Source: Planctomycetota bacterium
Lineage (GTDB): Bacteria; Planctomycetota; PLA2
Assembly: GCA_027297745.1 (NCBI GenBank)
Contig: JAPUHK010000024.1
Span: 994-64,993, forward strand
Direction of reading: 5' to 3'
DNA length: 64,000 bases
Position numbers and translations under genes: made by a program. Positions 8,513-20,124 of the stretch are shown here, piece after piece (the first letter of the stretch is position 1; every line of letters begins with the position of its first letter). The notes beneath the pieces are model-generated. The model had not been told where the DNA came from and did no database searches. It was given only the letters and a program-made list of their open reading frames with translations.

Positions 8513-9658
8513 ATGATCGGTGGCTTGGCCAAGTTGCAAGCGTGTCCCCGCTGCCGCGCGCTGTTGGAGGCGGGCACCAAGAAGTGCCCGTACTGCAGCA
8601 CGCAGGTACAGAAGGCGGCCGTTCTCACGGCCCACGTCCCCGGCGACCTGGGCGACGCCGGCGCCGCGTATCCGCGCGCCGGCCGTGTGCTGATCGGCGT
8701 GTTCGTGGCGCTGTACCTGCTCATGCTCTACTTCGACCCCAACCGGGATGCGGGGATCCAGGGATGGACCACGCGGCCGTCGCATGCGGCCACATACGCC
8801 TTCGGAACGAGCAACCTGTTCGGCATCCGCGCATGCGGCCAGTCCTGGCGCCTCGTGTCGGCTCTGTTCATGCACCTGAGCTTGCTGCACCTGGCCATGA
8901 ACTCGGTCGCCGTGCTGATCCTGGCGCCGCTCGTGGTAGCGGTGCTCGGGCTCAAACGTGCGGGGGTGTTGTTCCTGTTGACCGGCCTGGCGGGCGCGGC
9001 GGCAAGCCATCTGGCGGGCTACGGCGGCGCGGGCGCATCCGGGGCGGTGTGCGGCGCCATAGGAGCGCTGTTGGCCTTCGGCAAACGGGAGGCGGGCCTG
9101 CGCGGCGCGGTCCTGATGCGCGCGATGAAGCAGTGGGTCATGATCCTGGTGCTGTGGACGGTGGTGGCGCTGGCCGCCAACATGAACATCGACCACATCG
9201 CCCACTGGGTCGGATTCGCCGCCGGGCTGGCGCTGGGTTGGTGGGGTGAAGGCGGCAGGGCCGGGCGGCTCAGCGGCGCGCCGCTCTGGAACGCGCTTTT
9301 CTACGCGGGCGCCGCGGCCGTCGTGGCCACGGCGTTCTTCGTGGGCGTGCAGGTGCAGCGCAGCTTTCACGCCCGGGACGTGGCGTTCTACAACCGGGGC
9401 TCCTTCCAGGCCTTGCAGAGGATCCAGCTCAGGCTTCACGGTGGGGGGGAACCTCTCGCGGCGAAGCTGGATCTGCCCGACCCGCCTCCGGGTTCGGAAG
9501 AGCTCGACCAGGCCTTGCGCGAGGCGTGGCAGGCCGTCCGCGAGAGTCCTTCGGCCGCCGCGGCGGTCTCCTCCTTCGACGCCGCCGAGCTGCTCTGGCA
9601 AGCTTGGAGAATCGAGAGCATGTGCCGGTACGGCCCGTGCGCCAACCCGGCGTCGTAA
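8513..9658 (+). CDS. Rhomboid-family intramembrane serine protease with N-terminal zinc ribbon
   Basis: Internal ATG gives MIGGLAKLQACPRCRALLEAGTKKCPYC. It has multiple TM helices, the catalytic-type GASGAVCGAIGA motif and a later IAHWVGFAAG His. Confidence 0.85.
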   Translation: MIGGLAKLQACPRCRALLEAGTKKCPYCSTQVQKAAVLTAHVPGDLGDAGAAYPRAGRVLIGVFVALYLLMLYFDPNRDAGIQGWTTRPSHAATYAFGTSNLFGIRACGQSWRLVSALFMHLSLLHLAMNSVAVLILAPLVVAVLGLKRAGVLFLLTGLAGAAASHLAGYGGAGASGAVCGAIGALLAFGKREAGLRGAVLMRAMKQWVMILVLWTVVALAANMNIDHIAHWVGFAAGLALGWWGEGGRAGRLSGAPLWNALFYAGAAAVVATAFFVGVQVQRSFHARDVAFYNRGSFQALQRIQLRLHGGGEPLAAKLDLPDPPPGSEELDQALREAWQAVRESPSAAAAVSSFDAAELLWQAWRIESMCRYGPCANPAS

Positions 9659-9680
9659 CGCCTCCGGCCGCTGAGGGGCG

Positions 9681-9709
9681 TTCATCCGCACCACACAGAG
9701 GCGTATACT
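9681..9709 (+). promoter_or_regulatory. Candidate sigma70-type promoter for the rhodanese gene
   Basis: TTCATC, 17 nt, TATACT. A GGGAGGG Shine-Dalgarno follows before ATG 9755. Confidence 0.3.
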
Positions 9710-9754
9710 GGCGCGCGGCGTCCGAGAGCCGCGTTGCCGGCAAGGGAGGGAAGC

Positions 9755-10612
9755 ATGAGTGAGTATGCACACCCCGGGATGATCGTCTCTACGCAGTGGT
9801 TGGCGGATCATCTCGACGACCCGGGCCTGCGCGTGATCGAGTCGGACGAGGACATCACGCTCTACCACTCCGGGCACATTCCCGGCGCGGTCATGGTCGA
9901 TTGGCAGAGCGAGCTGCAGGACCCCGTCGTGCGCGACTACGTCAACAAGGAGAACTTCGAGAAGTTGATGCGTGCGAAGGGGATCGGGCGCAACGACACG
10001 CTCGTGTTCTACGGCGACAACAGCAACTGGTGGGCCTGCTACGCGCTGTGGGCCTTCAAGATGTTCGGCCACGAGAACATGAAGATCCTCAACGGCGGGC
10101 GCCGGAAGTGGATCGACGAAGGGCGGCCGACATCGACGGACGAACCCGCCTATCCCGCCACGGACTACGAGGCGACGGGTCCGGACTACACGTGGCGCGC
10201 CTTCGCCGATGAGGTTCGCGAGTACGTCGAGGCGGACGGGCAGCTCGTGGACGTGCGCTCGCCCGGCGAATACACGGGCGAGCTGTTGCACATGCCCAAG
10301 TACCCGCAGGAGGGCGCGTTGCGCGCCGGACACATCCCCGGCGGCCGCAGCTGCCCGTGGTCGCGCGCCTGCAACGAGGACGGGACCTTCAAGTCCGCCG
10401 AGGAGCTGAAAGCTCTCTACGAGGGTGAGCTCGGGTTCGACGGCAAGCAAGAAGTGATCGCCTACTGCCGCATCGGCGAGCGCTCCAGCCACACGTGGTT
10501 CGTGCTGAGCTACCTGCTCGGCTACGGCAACGTGCGTAACTACGACGGTTCGTGGACCGAGTGGGGTAACCGCGTCGGCGCTCCCATCGTCAAAGGCGAT
10601 CAGATCCGCTAG
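9755..10612 (+). CDS. Thiosulfate/3-mercaptopyruvate sulfurtransferase (tandem rhodanese domains)
   Basis: Two rhodanese domains. The active-site loop is [12 protein letters not shown]. Confidence 0.9.
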   Translation: MSEYAHPGMIVSTQWLADHLDDPGLRVIESDEDITLYHSGHIPGAVMVDWQSELQDPVVRDYVNKENFEKLMRAKGIGRNDTLVFYGDNSNWWACYALWAFKMFGHENMKILNGGRRKWIDEGRPTSTDEPAYPATDYEATGPDYTWRAFADEVREYVEADGQLVDVRSPGEYTGELLHMPKYPQEGALRAGHIPGGRSCPWSRACNEDGTFKSAEELKALYEGELGFDGKQEVIAYCRIGERSSHTWFVLSYLLGYGNVRNYDGSWTEWGNRVGAPIVKGDQIR

Positions 10613-10623
10613 GCCAGCGGGTC

Positions 10624-11028
10624 ATGGACCGCAAGGCGATCATCGAGCGCATCCTGGACCATGCGGAGAGGCCGCGCGGAAAGGCCAAGCTGGATGACCC
10701 GGACCTGGTGCAGGCGGGCGGCAACCCCGGCTGCGGCGACGTGATCATCTGGATGGCGCACCTTGACGCGGAGGGGCGTATCCGCGACGTGGGTTGGGTA
10801 GGCCAGGGTTGCAACCTGAGCCAGGCGGGCGCATCGATGCTCAGCTCCCGGCTCGAGGGGCTCAGCCTGGACGAGATCCTGGAGCTGCCCGCCGACCTGC
10901 TGATCGAGGAGATCGGACCGCAGATGGCGTTGACCCGTCCGGCCTGCAGCAGCCTCGCGCTGAACACGATCAAGACGGCCGTCTACCGCTACAAGCAGGA
11001 GCGGGAGAAGGCCGCGCGGGAGACGTAG
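10624..11028 (+). CDS. SufU/IscU-like Fe-S scaffold (NifU N-terminal family), second copy
   Basis: Three conserved Cys contexts: NPGCGDVI, GQGCNLSQA and RPACSSLAL. Confidence 0.8.
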   Translation: MDRKAIIERILDHAERPRGKAKLDDPDLVQAGGNPGCGDVIIWMAHLDAEGRIRDVGWVGQGCNLSQAGASMLSSRLEGLSLDEILELPADLLIEEIGPQMALTRPACSSLALNTIKTAVYRYKQEREKAARET

Positions 11029-11055
11029 GGGGGGCGTTGTCAGAACGAGAACCAA

Positions 11056-11143
11056 CCTACCCCTACCTCTACCCCTGCCTCCGACACTTGCCCCTCCCCT
11101 CGCCCAGGGGAGACGGGCTAGGGGGCAAAGGTAGGGTAGGGGC
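11056..11143. repeat. Long imperfect palindrome between convergent genes
   Basis: Nested arms: CCTACCCCTACC.../...GGTAGGGTAGGGG and TGCCCC/GGGGCA. The inner hairpin is TCCCCT-cgccc-AGGGGA at 11095-11111. Confidence 0.5.
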
Positions 11144-11150
11144 GGAACAC

Positions 11151-11465
11151 CTACATCAACCCGAGCTGCAGCTTCGCGCCCTCGGACATGCGAGTCATGT
11201 CCCAGGGCGGGTCCCACACCAGCTCGACGGTCGACTTGGTGACGCCTTCGACCCCTTTCACCTTCGTCTCGACCTCGGGCGGCAGCGTGCCGGCCACCGG
11301 GCAGGCGGGCGACGTGAGCGTCATCTTGATCGTGACCTCGTTGTCGTCGTTGATGGCGATGTCGTAGATCAACCCGAGCTGATAGATGTCGACGGGGATC
11401 TCGGGGTCGTAGCAGGTCTTCAGGGCGTCGACCACGCGGTCGTGGAGCGTCGTTTCTTCTGCCAT
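11151..11465 (-). CDS. sufT: SufT / DUF59 (MIP18-family) Fe-S assembly protein
   Basis: DPEIPVDIYQLGLIY...TLTSPACPV motif. It is the last gene of the suf operon. Confidence 0.85.
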   Translation of the reverse strand: MAEETTLHDRVVDALKTCYDPEIPVDIYQLGLIYDIAINDDNEVTIKMTLTSPACPVAGTLPPEVETKVKGVEGVTKSTVELVWDPPWDMTRMSEGAKLQLGLM

Positions 11466-11469
11466 CGTC

Positions 11470-11919
11470 TCACTCCGTGGTAACGGGAGTCTTCTTCTCG
11501 TTGAGCGCCGCCTGGAGGGTGTGCCAGGGCAAAGTAGCGCACTTCACACGCACCGGGAAGGCGCGCACGCCGAGCAGCACCACGAGCTTGCCGACCTTGT
11601 TGCGGGACTCCTCGTCGTCCTTCCGGCCCGTGACCAGGTCGTGGAAGGTCTGAAACAGCTCCGTCGCCTCCGTCACGGTCTTGCCCTTCAGCATCTGCGT
11701 CATGAGCGAGGCCGACGCGGTGGAGATGGCGCAGCCTTGGCCCTGGAAGCTGACATCCTCGACGACGTTCCCGTCCAGCTTCACGAACACGTGCACCTCA
11801 TCGCCGCACAGGGGGTTGTAGCCGTCGGCGCTGCGCGCGTCCGGGAGCGCGCGGTAGTTGCGCGGCTTGCGGCCGTGATCCAGGATCAGCTCCTGGTAGA
11901 GCTCGCGCAGGTCGCTCAT
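11470..11919 (-). CDS. sufU: SufU sulfur-acceptor/scaffold protein
   Basis: MSDLRELYQELILDHGRKPRN...NPLCGDEV...GQGCAISTASAS...RVKCATLPW. The ATG overlaps the sufS stop (ATGA). The rest of the 428-aa ORF is an alternate frame of sufS. Confidence 0.9.
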   Translation of the reverse strand: MSDLRELYQELILDHGRKPRNYRALPDARSADGYNPLCGDEVHVFVKLDGNVVEDVSFQGQGCAISTASASLMTQMLKGKTVTEATELFQTFHDLVTGRKDDEESRNKVGKLVVLLGVRAFPVRVKCATLPWHTLQAALNEKKTPVTTE

Positions 11920-13181
11920 GCGCCGAAGAACTCTCGGGAGGCTTCCAGCGCCCGCACGAACGTGTCGACCTCCTCGAGCGAGTTGTAGAAGGCGAAGGAG
12001 GCGCGCGTCGTGGCCGGCACGCCGAACCGCTTCATCAGGGGCTGCGTGCAGTGGTGCCCCGTGCGCACGGCGATGCCTTCCTGGTCGAGGAAGGTGCCGA
12101 GGTCGTGCGGGTGCGCCCAGTCGGTGACGAAGGAGAGCACCGCCGCCTTGCATGTGGACGTGCCGAACAGCCGCACGCCGCCGATCTGCTGCAGGCCGTG
12201 CGTCGCGCGCGCCAACAGGCTCGTCTCGTGGGCGATGATGCCGTCGAAGCCGCCGAATCCCTCCAGATACTCGAGCGCCGCCGCGAAGCCGACGGCGGCC
12301 GCGACCGACGGCGTGCCCGCCTCGAACTTGCCCGGCGGCTCCCGGAACGTGGACTTGTCGAGCTGCACCGAGAGGATCATCTCGCCGCCGCCCTGGTAGG
12401 GGGGCATGCTCTCCAGCCACTTGTGCTTGCCGTACAGCACCCCCGTTCCCATCGGGCCGAACGCCTTGTGGCTGCTGAGCGCGTAGAAGTCGCAGTCGAG
12501 CTCCTGCAGGTCGACCTTCATGTGCGGCACCGCCTGCGCGCCGTCGAGCAGCACCGGGATGTCGCGCTCGTGGGCCAGCGCGACCATGCCCTTGACCGGG
12601 TTGACGGTGCCGAGCGTGTTCGACACGTGTACGAGCGCCACCAGCTTGGTGCGCTCCGTCAGCAGGTTGCCGTACGCCTCCAGGTCGAGCTGGCCGGAAT
12701 CGGTCACCGGCACGACCGTCAAGTGCGCCCCCACTGACTCGCACAGGAGCTGCCACGGCACGATGTTGGAGTGGTGCTCCATGGTCGTGATCAGCACCTC
12801 GTCGCCCGCGCCCACGTGCTGGCGGCCGAAGCTGGACGCGACCAGGTTGATGGCTTCCGTAGCGCCGCGCACGAAGACGATCTCGCTCACGTCGCCGGCG
12901 TTCAGGAAGCGCCGCACGGTCTCGCGCGCGCCCTCGTAGGCCTCGGTCGCCGCCTGGCTGAGCGCGTGCACGCCGCGATGCACGTTCGAGTTGATCTCCG
13001 TGTAGAAGCGCTGCAGGCGCTCGAGCACCACGCGCGGCTTCTGCGCGCTGGCGGCGTTGTCGAGGTAGACCAGCGGCTTCCCGTGCACGCTGCGTTCGAG
13101 CAGCGGGAAGTCGGCGCGCACGCGCTCGACGTCGATCGGCGCCACGGGCGAGCTGGCCCGGACTTCCTCGAGCGTGCTCAT
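11916..13181 (-). CDS. sufS: SufS cysteine desulfurase (class II)
   Basis: YLDNAASAQKP...ALSSHKAFGPMGTGVLYG...RTGHHCTQPL, carrying the PLP Lys and the active-site Cys. Confidence 0.95.
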   Translation of the reverse strand: MSTLEEVRASSPVAPIDVERVRADFPLLERSVHGKPLVYLDNAASAQKPRVVLERLQRFYTEINSNVHRGVHALSQAATEAYEGARETVRRFLNAGDVSEIVFVRGATEAINLVASSFGRQHVGAGDEVLITTMEHHSNIVPWQLLCESVGAHLTVVPVTDSGQLDLEAYGNLLTERTKLVALVHVSNTLGTVNPVKGMVALAHERDIPVLLDGAQAVPHMKVDLQELDCDFYALSSHKAFGPMGTGVLYGKHKWLESMPPYQGGGEMILSVQLDKSTFREPPGKFEAGTPSVAAAVGFAAALEYLEGFGGFDGIIAHETSLLARATHGLQQIGGVRLFGTSTCKAAVLSFVTDWAHPHDLGTFLDQEGIAVRTGHHCTQPLMKRFGVPATTRASFAFYNSLEEVDTFVRALEASREFFGA

Positions 13182-13188
13182 CTCGCGC

Positions 13189-14429
13189 CTAGCCCTCCTC
13201 GTTCCCCGGCAGGCGGCTGTCTAACAGCCGGTCCGCCCGTTCGCGCACCGCAGCAACGTCGAGCCGCTTCGTGATCTCGCCCGCGAAGGCCCGGATCAGC
13301 AGGTTGCGCGCGCGGTCCTTCGTCAGCCCGCGGCTGCGCAGGTAGAACAGCGCCTGCTCGTCGAGCTGTCCGATCGTGGCGCCGTGCGAGCACTTCACGT
13401 CGTCGGCGTAGATCTCGAGCTGCGGCTGGGTGTCCATGACCGCGGTGTCGGTCAGGAGCAGGTTGGCGTTCGACTGGAACGCGTCCGTCTTCTGCGCATC
13501 CTCGTAGACGTGGATGCGCCCCGTGAAGACGCCGGACGACGCGTCGTCCAGAATGCCCTTGTACAGCTCGTGGCTTTCGCAGTGCGGCACCCGGTGCTCG
13601 ATGAGCGTGTGGTTGTCGACGTGCTGCGAGCCGCGCGTCATGAACAGGCCGTTGAGGGTGCCGAGGCTGCCCTCGCCACGTAGCGCGGCGGTGATGTCGT
13701 TGCGCGTGAGCCGGCCGCCGAGCGTCACGACGTTCGACGTGTAGCGGCTGTCGCGCGCCTGGCTCACCCAGACGTTCGACGTGTGGAAGGCGGACTCGTT
13801 CTCGAGCTGCAGGCGCGTGTGCTTCAGCGCGGCGTTTTCCGAGACCAGGACGACACCGACCGCGTTCGTCCAGTGCTCGCCGGTGCCCAGCGAGACGTAG
13901 GTCTCGACGATCTCGGCGCGCCCGTTGCGCTTGACGTGGTAGACGTTGCGCGGATGGCAGGCCTTGCCGTCCGTCCCGATGAACAGGACGTGCAGCGGCT
14001 CCGCAAGCTCGCCCTCCACCTCGACCACGGCCCCGTCCTCGAGGAACGCGGTGTTGAGCGCGACGAACGCCGGGGCGTCGTCCTTCAGCTCGAAGTCGAT
14101 CGTGTCCCGGATGCTGGCCAAGCTGACGCCGACCTGCGCGTCCGAGAGGTCGGCGCGGTAGTGGCCGTCCACGAAGACGAGACTGCCGCCGAAGCCGAGG
14201 CGGGCGACGTCGTCCGGAGTGACGCCGTTCGTGGACGGCCGCCCGAGCGTCAGGTCGCTCTTGGCGATCGGCGCCACGTTGGTGAAGCGCCAGTCCTCCA
14301 GATGCGTGTCGGGGAACCCGAGCTCCTTGAAGCGCGCGATGCCCTCGGTGCGCAGCGCGTGCAGCGCATCGGCCCCGCGCTCCTGCACGAGCGCCTCGTG
14401 GTCCCGAAGGATGCGTTCCATGGTGTCGG

Positions 14430-14433
<4 letters not shown>
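13189..14433 (-). CDS. sufD: SufD Fe-S assembly protein
   Basis: The C-terminal region HGATIGQLDEQALFYLRSRGLTKDRARNLLIRAF is typical of SufD. It sits between sufC and sufS. Confidence 0.9.
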
Positions 14434-15185
<752 letters not shown>

Positions 15186-15236
15186 GTCTTTCGTTCTTCC
15201 TCTTCGCGCTTTCGCGTTCGTTGTCTCAGGGTTTCT

Positions 15237-16700
<1,464 letters not shown>

Positions 16701-16702
16701 GC

Positions 16703-17140
16703 CTATTGCACCTTTTCGAGGGGGGGAAACGTGACCGTGGTGGCCATATCGCTGAGCGGGATGTTGCGCAGCGCGTCGCGCACGGCCTGGTTGATGCGCT
16801 GCCAGTTCGTGCGCACGGGGCAGCAGAACTCGATGCCGCACTCGTCGGTGGCGGTGTCGAGGCACTCGGTCAGCGCGATGGGGCCCTCGGTAGCTTCGAT
16901 GATCTCCGCCACCGTGATCTCCTCGGCGGGGCGCGGGAGGCTGTAGCCGCCCTTCACGCCGCGGTACGAGACCAGCAGCCCCGCGCGGCCGAGCGCCTTC
17001 AGCGTCTTGCTGACGGTGGGCAGCGGCAGGCCCGCGCACTTGGCCAGGTCGCGGGCGTTCTGGACCTTCTTCTCGGGCGCGCCCGCGAAGTGGGTCATCA
17101 GAACGATGGCGTAGTCGGCCTGTCGGGTGAGTCTCAGCAT
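16703..17140 (-). CDS. Rrf2-family transcriptional regulator (IscR/SufR-like) heading the suf operon
   Basis: [19 protein letters not shown]...[32 protein letters not shown] Cys cluster (C-x8-C-x4-CC: [15 protein letters not shown]) fits an Fe-S sensor. Confidence 0.85.
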   Translation of the reverse strand: MLRLTRQADYAIVLMTHFAGAPEKKVQNARDLAKCAGLPLPTVSKTLKALGRAGLLVSYRGVKGGYSLPRPAEEITVAEIIEATEGPIALTECLDTATDECGIEFCCPVRTNWQRINQAVRDALRNIPLSDMATTVTFPPLEKVQ

Positions 17141-17154
17141 GGGGCCCTCTCAAA

Positions 17155-17217
17155 ACAGGACTCTCGCGGTCCTGTATGAAGAAAGAGTACTCTACAGACC
17201 CTATTTAGCTCGGTCAA
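17155..17217 (-). promoter_or_regulatory. Candidate suf promoter with palindromic operator-like sites
   Basis: Read on the minus strand: TTGACC (17212-17217), 17 nt, TAGAGT (17189-17194). The perfect palindrome AGAGTACTCT (17184-17193) overlaps the -10. The inverted repeat ACAGGAC-n7-GTCCTGT (17155-17175) lies in the leader. The patch is locally AT-richer. Confidence 0.45.
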
Positions 17218-17370
17218 TCTTTCGCGCCCGCTCCCCGTCGGTTGCTCCGATCCCCTGCAAATCGTTGATCGGTAGGGCGTTGCGCGCCTCGGGGCGCGGC
17301 GCGTCTGCCACGCCTCCAGGGGTCTACATGGTTGCTCTGCCGCCGGTCGCGGACTGGGGGTGCCCCATCG

Positions 17371-18525
17371 CTACCGGCCGGTGCGGAGGGCCTGGACGGC
17401 CTCAACGACCCGGTCGGCGGCACGGTCGACCTCGGCCTCAGTCGTCGGGCGGCCGATGCCGAAGCGAAGGGCTGCCAGGGCCAGCTGCCGCGAGATCCCC
17501 ATGGCCTGCAGCACGTGGGAGGGGTCGACCTTGTCGGAGTGGCAGGCGGAGCCCGTGGAGAGCGCCAGGTCGGGCAGCGCCAGCAGCAGCGACTCGCCGT
17601 CCACGCCGTCGAAGCAGACGTTGAGGTTGCCGGGCAGCCTGGCCTCGCGGCAGCCGTTCACGTGCACGCCGTCGAGCCGCTCGAGCAGCGCGCCTTCGAG
17701 CCGGTCGCGCAACCGCGCCGTGCGTTCCGCCTCCTGCCCGGGCTCCTGCCGGCACAGCTCGCAGGCCATGCCGAGACCGACGATGCCGGGCACGTTCGAG
17801 GTGCCGGAGCGCATGCCGCGTTCGTGTCCTCCGCCGTGCATCTGGATCGTGATCTTCACCTCGGGGTCACGGCGCCGCACGTATAGCGCGCCGCAGCCCT
17901 TCGGCCCGTAGAACTTGTGCGCCGTCAACGAAGCCAGGTGTACGTGGTCCTTGCGCACGTCGAAAGGCACGCGGCCGACGGCCTGCGCCGCGTCCGTGTG
18001 GAACAGGATGCCGCGCGCCTCGGCCAGCTGGCCGATCTTGCGGACGCGATGTAGCGTGCCGACCTCGTTGTTGGCGGCCATCAGCGTGATCAGGACCGTC
18101 TGCTCCGTGAGCGCCGCCTCCACGTCCTCGATCCGCACGCGCCCGTCGGGCCCGACGGGGACCCATGTCACCTGCGCGCCGCGCGCCTCGACCTCGGCGA
18201 GCGAATCGAGCACCGCCGAGTGCTCCGTGCGGGCGGAGACGATGTGCGTGCCCGCGCCGCCGCATGCCTCGAAAACGCCCTTGATGGCCAGGTTGTCCGA
18301 TTCCGTGGCACCGGAAGTGAAGACGATCTCACGGGCCTCCGCCCCGATCAGCGCCGCAACGCGCTTGCGGGCCACCTGGACCGCCTCCTCGGCGCGCCAG
18401 CCGTAGGCGTGCCGGCTGGCGGCGTTCCCGAAATCGGCCTCGAAGAAGGGCAGCATCTCCTTCAGCACGCGGGGGTCCACCGGCGTGGTCGCGTGGTAGT
18501 CGAGGTAGATAGGGGGCTCAGCCAC
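17371..18525 (-). CDS. Class I cysteine desulfurase (NifS/IscS-like)
   Basis: IYLDYHATTP...SLTAHKFYGPKGCGALY...STGSACHS. Confidence 0.9.
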   Translation of the reverse strand: MAEPPIYLDYHATTPVDPRVLKEMLPFFEADFGNAASRHAYGWRAEEAVQVARKRVAALIGAEAREIVFTSGATESDNLAIKGVFEACGGAGTHIVSARTEHSAVLDSLAEVEARGAQVTWVPVGPDGRVRIEDVEAALTEQTVLITLMAANNEVGTLHRVRKIGQLAEARGILFHTDAAQAVGRVPFDVRKDHVHLASLTAHKFYGPKGCGALYVRRRDPEVKITIQMHGGGHERGMRSGTSNVPGIVGLGMACELCRQEPGQEAERTARLRDRLEGALLERLDGVHVNGCREARLPGNLNVCFDGVDGESLLLALPDLALSTGSACHSDKVDPSHVLQAMGISRQLALAALRFGIGRPTTEAEVDRAADRVVEAVQALRTGR

Positions 18526-18596
18526 GGGGCCTTATCCTAGCTTTCCAGCTCTGAGTACTGCTCGGACAGCAGATATGGGGGATATACTGACTAGCA

Positions 18597-18932
18597 ATGT
18601 CCAAGCTGGCCATGACCGACAAGGCGGCGGAGAAGATCCTCGAGTTCGTCGCCAAAGACTCCAAGAAACTCCAGGAACCCGGCCTGCGCGTGCGCCTGAC
18701 CGGCGGCGGCTGCTCCGGCTACATGTATCAGTACTCGCTGGACGACGGCCCCGCCGAGGGCGACGAGGTTATCGAGCACAACGGCGCCAGGCTGTTCGTG
18801 GACAAGAAGTCGCTCTTCTTCTTGGCGAACTCGGTCGTGGACTACGCAGAGTCGCTCATGAACTCCGGGTTCCGCGTTCAGAACCCGAACGCCAAGGGCG
18901 CCTGCGGCTGCGGCGAGAGCGTCTCTTTCTAG
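18597..18932 (+). CDS. iscA: A-type Fe-S carrier (IscA/ErpA/HesB family)
   Basis: GLRVRLTGGGCSGYMY...NPNAKGACGCGESVSF, carrying the C-x(n)-C-x-C signature. Confidence 0.9.
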   Translation: MSKLAMTDKAAEKILEFVAKDSKKLQEPGLRVRLTGGGCSGYMYQYSLDDGPAEGDEVIEHNGARLFVDKKSLFFLANSVVDYAESLMNSGFRVQNPNAKGACGCGESVSF

Positions 18933-18948
18933 CTCTCAGCTGAGAGCT
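18931..18948. repeat. Perfect 18-bp palindrome between convergent iscA and nuoB-2
   Basis: AGCTCTCAGCTGAGAGCT. No clear U-tract follows on either strand. Confidence 0.6.
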
Positions 18949-18955
18949 GACAGCT

Positions 18956-19489
18956 CTAGATGAGCGTGTCCTTGACCTGCGCGACGAGCTCCGCGGCGGG
19001 CTGCTCCTCGGAGATCTTGTCTTGCAGCTCCATGAGGCCCTTGAGCACGGCCTCAGGGCGCGGCGGACAGCCCGAGATGTACAGGTCGACGGGTATCACC
19101 TCGTCGATGCCCTGGACCACGGGGTAGGAGCGGAACATGCCGCCCGAGGAGGCGCAGGCCCCCATGGCGATGCACCACTTGGGCTCCGACATCTGGTCCC
19201 ATACCCGCTTGACGACGTCGGCCATCTTGTAGGTCAAGGTGCCGGCTACGACCATCACGTCCGCCTGGCGCGGGCTGAAACGGGCCACCTCGGCCCCGAA
19301 GCGGGCCAGGTCGTAGCGCGAGCAGGCAACGGCCATGAACTCGATGGCGCAGCAGCTCAAGCCCATCGGGAGGGGCCAGAGGGAGTTCTTCCGGCTCCAG
19401 TTGATGAGCGCGTCGAGCCGTGAGAGGAAGAAACCGCCTTCCTGCTCGTGCTCGGTGACCTGGAGGTCCAGCGTGGTCGGGTTGGTCAT
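18956..19489 (-). CDS. nuoB: NADH-quinone oxidoreductase subunit B paralog (orphan copy)
   Basis: MTNPTTLDL...[14 protein letters not shown]...GACASSGG...[10 protein letters not shown]. All four N2-cluster Cys contexts are retained. Only the last 177 aa of the 223-aa ORF are used. Confidence 0.85.
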   Translation of the reverse strand: MTNPTTLDLQVTEHEQEGGFFLSRLDALINWSRKNSLWPLPMGLSCCAIEFMAVACSRYDLARFGAEVARFSPRQADVMVVAGTLTYKMADVVKRVWDQMSEPKWCIAMGACASSGGMFRSYPVVQGIDEVIPVDLYISGCPPRPEAVLKGLMELQDKISEEQPAAELVAQVKDTLI

Positions 19490-19650
19490 GGCCACGGAAA
19501 GTGTACCCCGCGACTCGTGCGGGGGCACCCTCGGGGGGCCGGGGCCGTCCGCGAATCTGGAAAGCCCTTGGTGCCACTGGAATAATCCCCTCTTTCGCGC
19601 CCAGGTATACGCACCCGATCGTGACACTCCAACTGCTCTTGGCCTCGACG

Positions 19651-20124
19651 ATGTTCCACAACTTGGGGAACGTGCTGATCTTCGCCCTGTTCGGCGGGGT
19701 CTTCGTCTGGGTGAACCTGTTCGTGATCGGCAAGCTCCTGCTGCGCCGGCCGCACAAGCCCAAGTTCGGCGAAAAGGAAGAGACCTACGAGTGCGGCGAG
19801 CCCACGATCGGCGACGCCTGGATCCGCTTCGACATCCGCTTCTACACGCTGGCGCTCATCTTTCTGATCTTCGACATCGAAGTGGCGCTGCTCTTCCCGT
19901 GGGCCGTGGCGTACGACGAGTTCATCGCCGCCGGCTTCGGGGCCGGCGCCTTTTTCGAAGTGCTGATCTTCCTGGTCGTGCTGGGCGTGGGCCTGGCCTA
20001 CGTCTGGTTGCGCAAGGACCTGAATTGGACCAGCACGCTGCCCGGACCGGCGGTGCCCGAGGAGGCGCTCGCAGGGGACGCAGTGGAAGAGAGCAAGCCC
20101 GCACAGGAGGAGGTCTCGGCATGA
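19651..20124 (+). CDS. nuoA: NADH-quinone oxidoreductase subunit A
   Basis: [43 protein letters not shown] 19621 is an alternative start. Confidence 0.9.
   Translation: MFHNLGNVLIFALFGGVFVWVNLFVIGKLLLRRPHKPKFGEKEETYECGEPTIGDAWIRFDIRFYTLALIFLIFDIEVALLFPWAVAYDEFIAAGFGAGAFFEVLIFLVVLGVGLAYVWLRKDLNWTSTLPGPAVPEEALAGDAVEESKPAQEEVSA

Noticed and set aside
7622-10492. 956-aa ORF taken as one gene
   Set aside because: Only the last ~285 aa (7622-8479) read like a protein, namely the archaemetzincin. The upstream part is antisense to the rhomboid and rhodanese genes.
11470-12756. 428-aa ORF taken as one gene
   Set aside because: Only the C-terminal 149 aa (SufU) are real. The remainder is an alternate frame of sufS.
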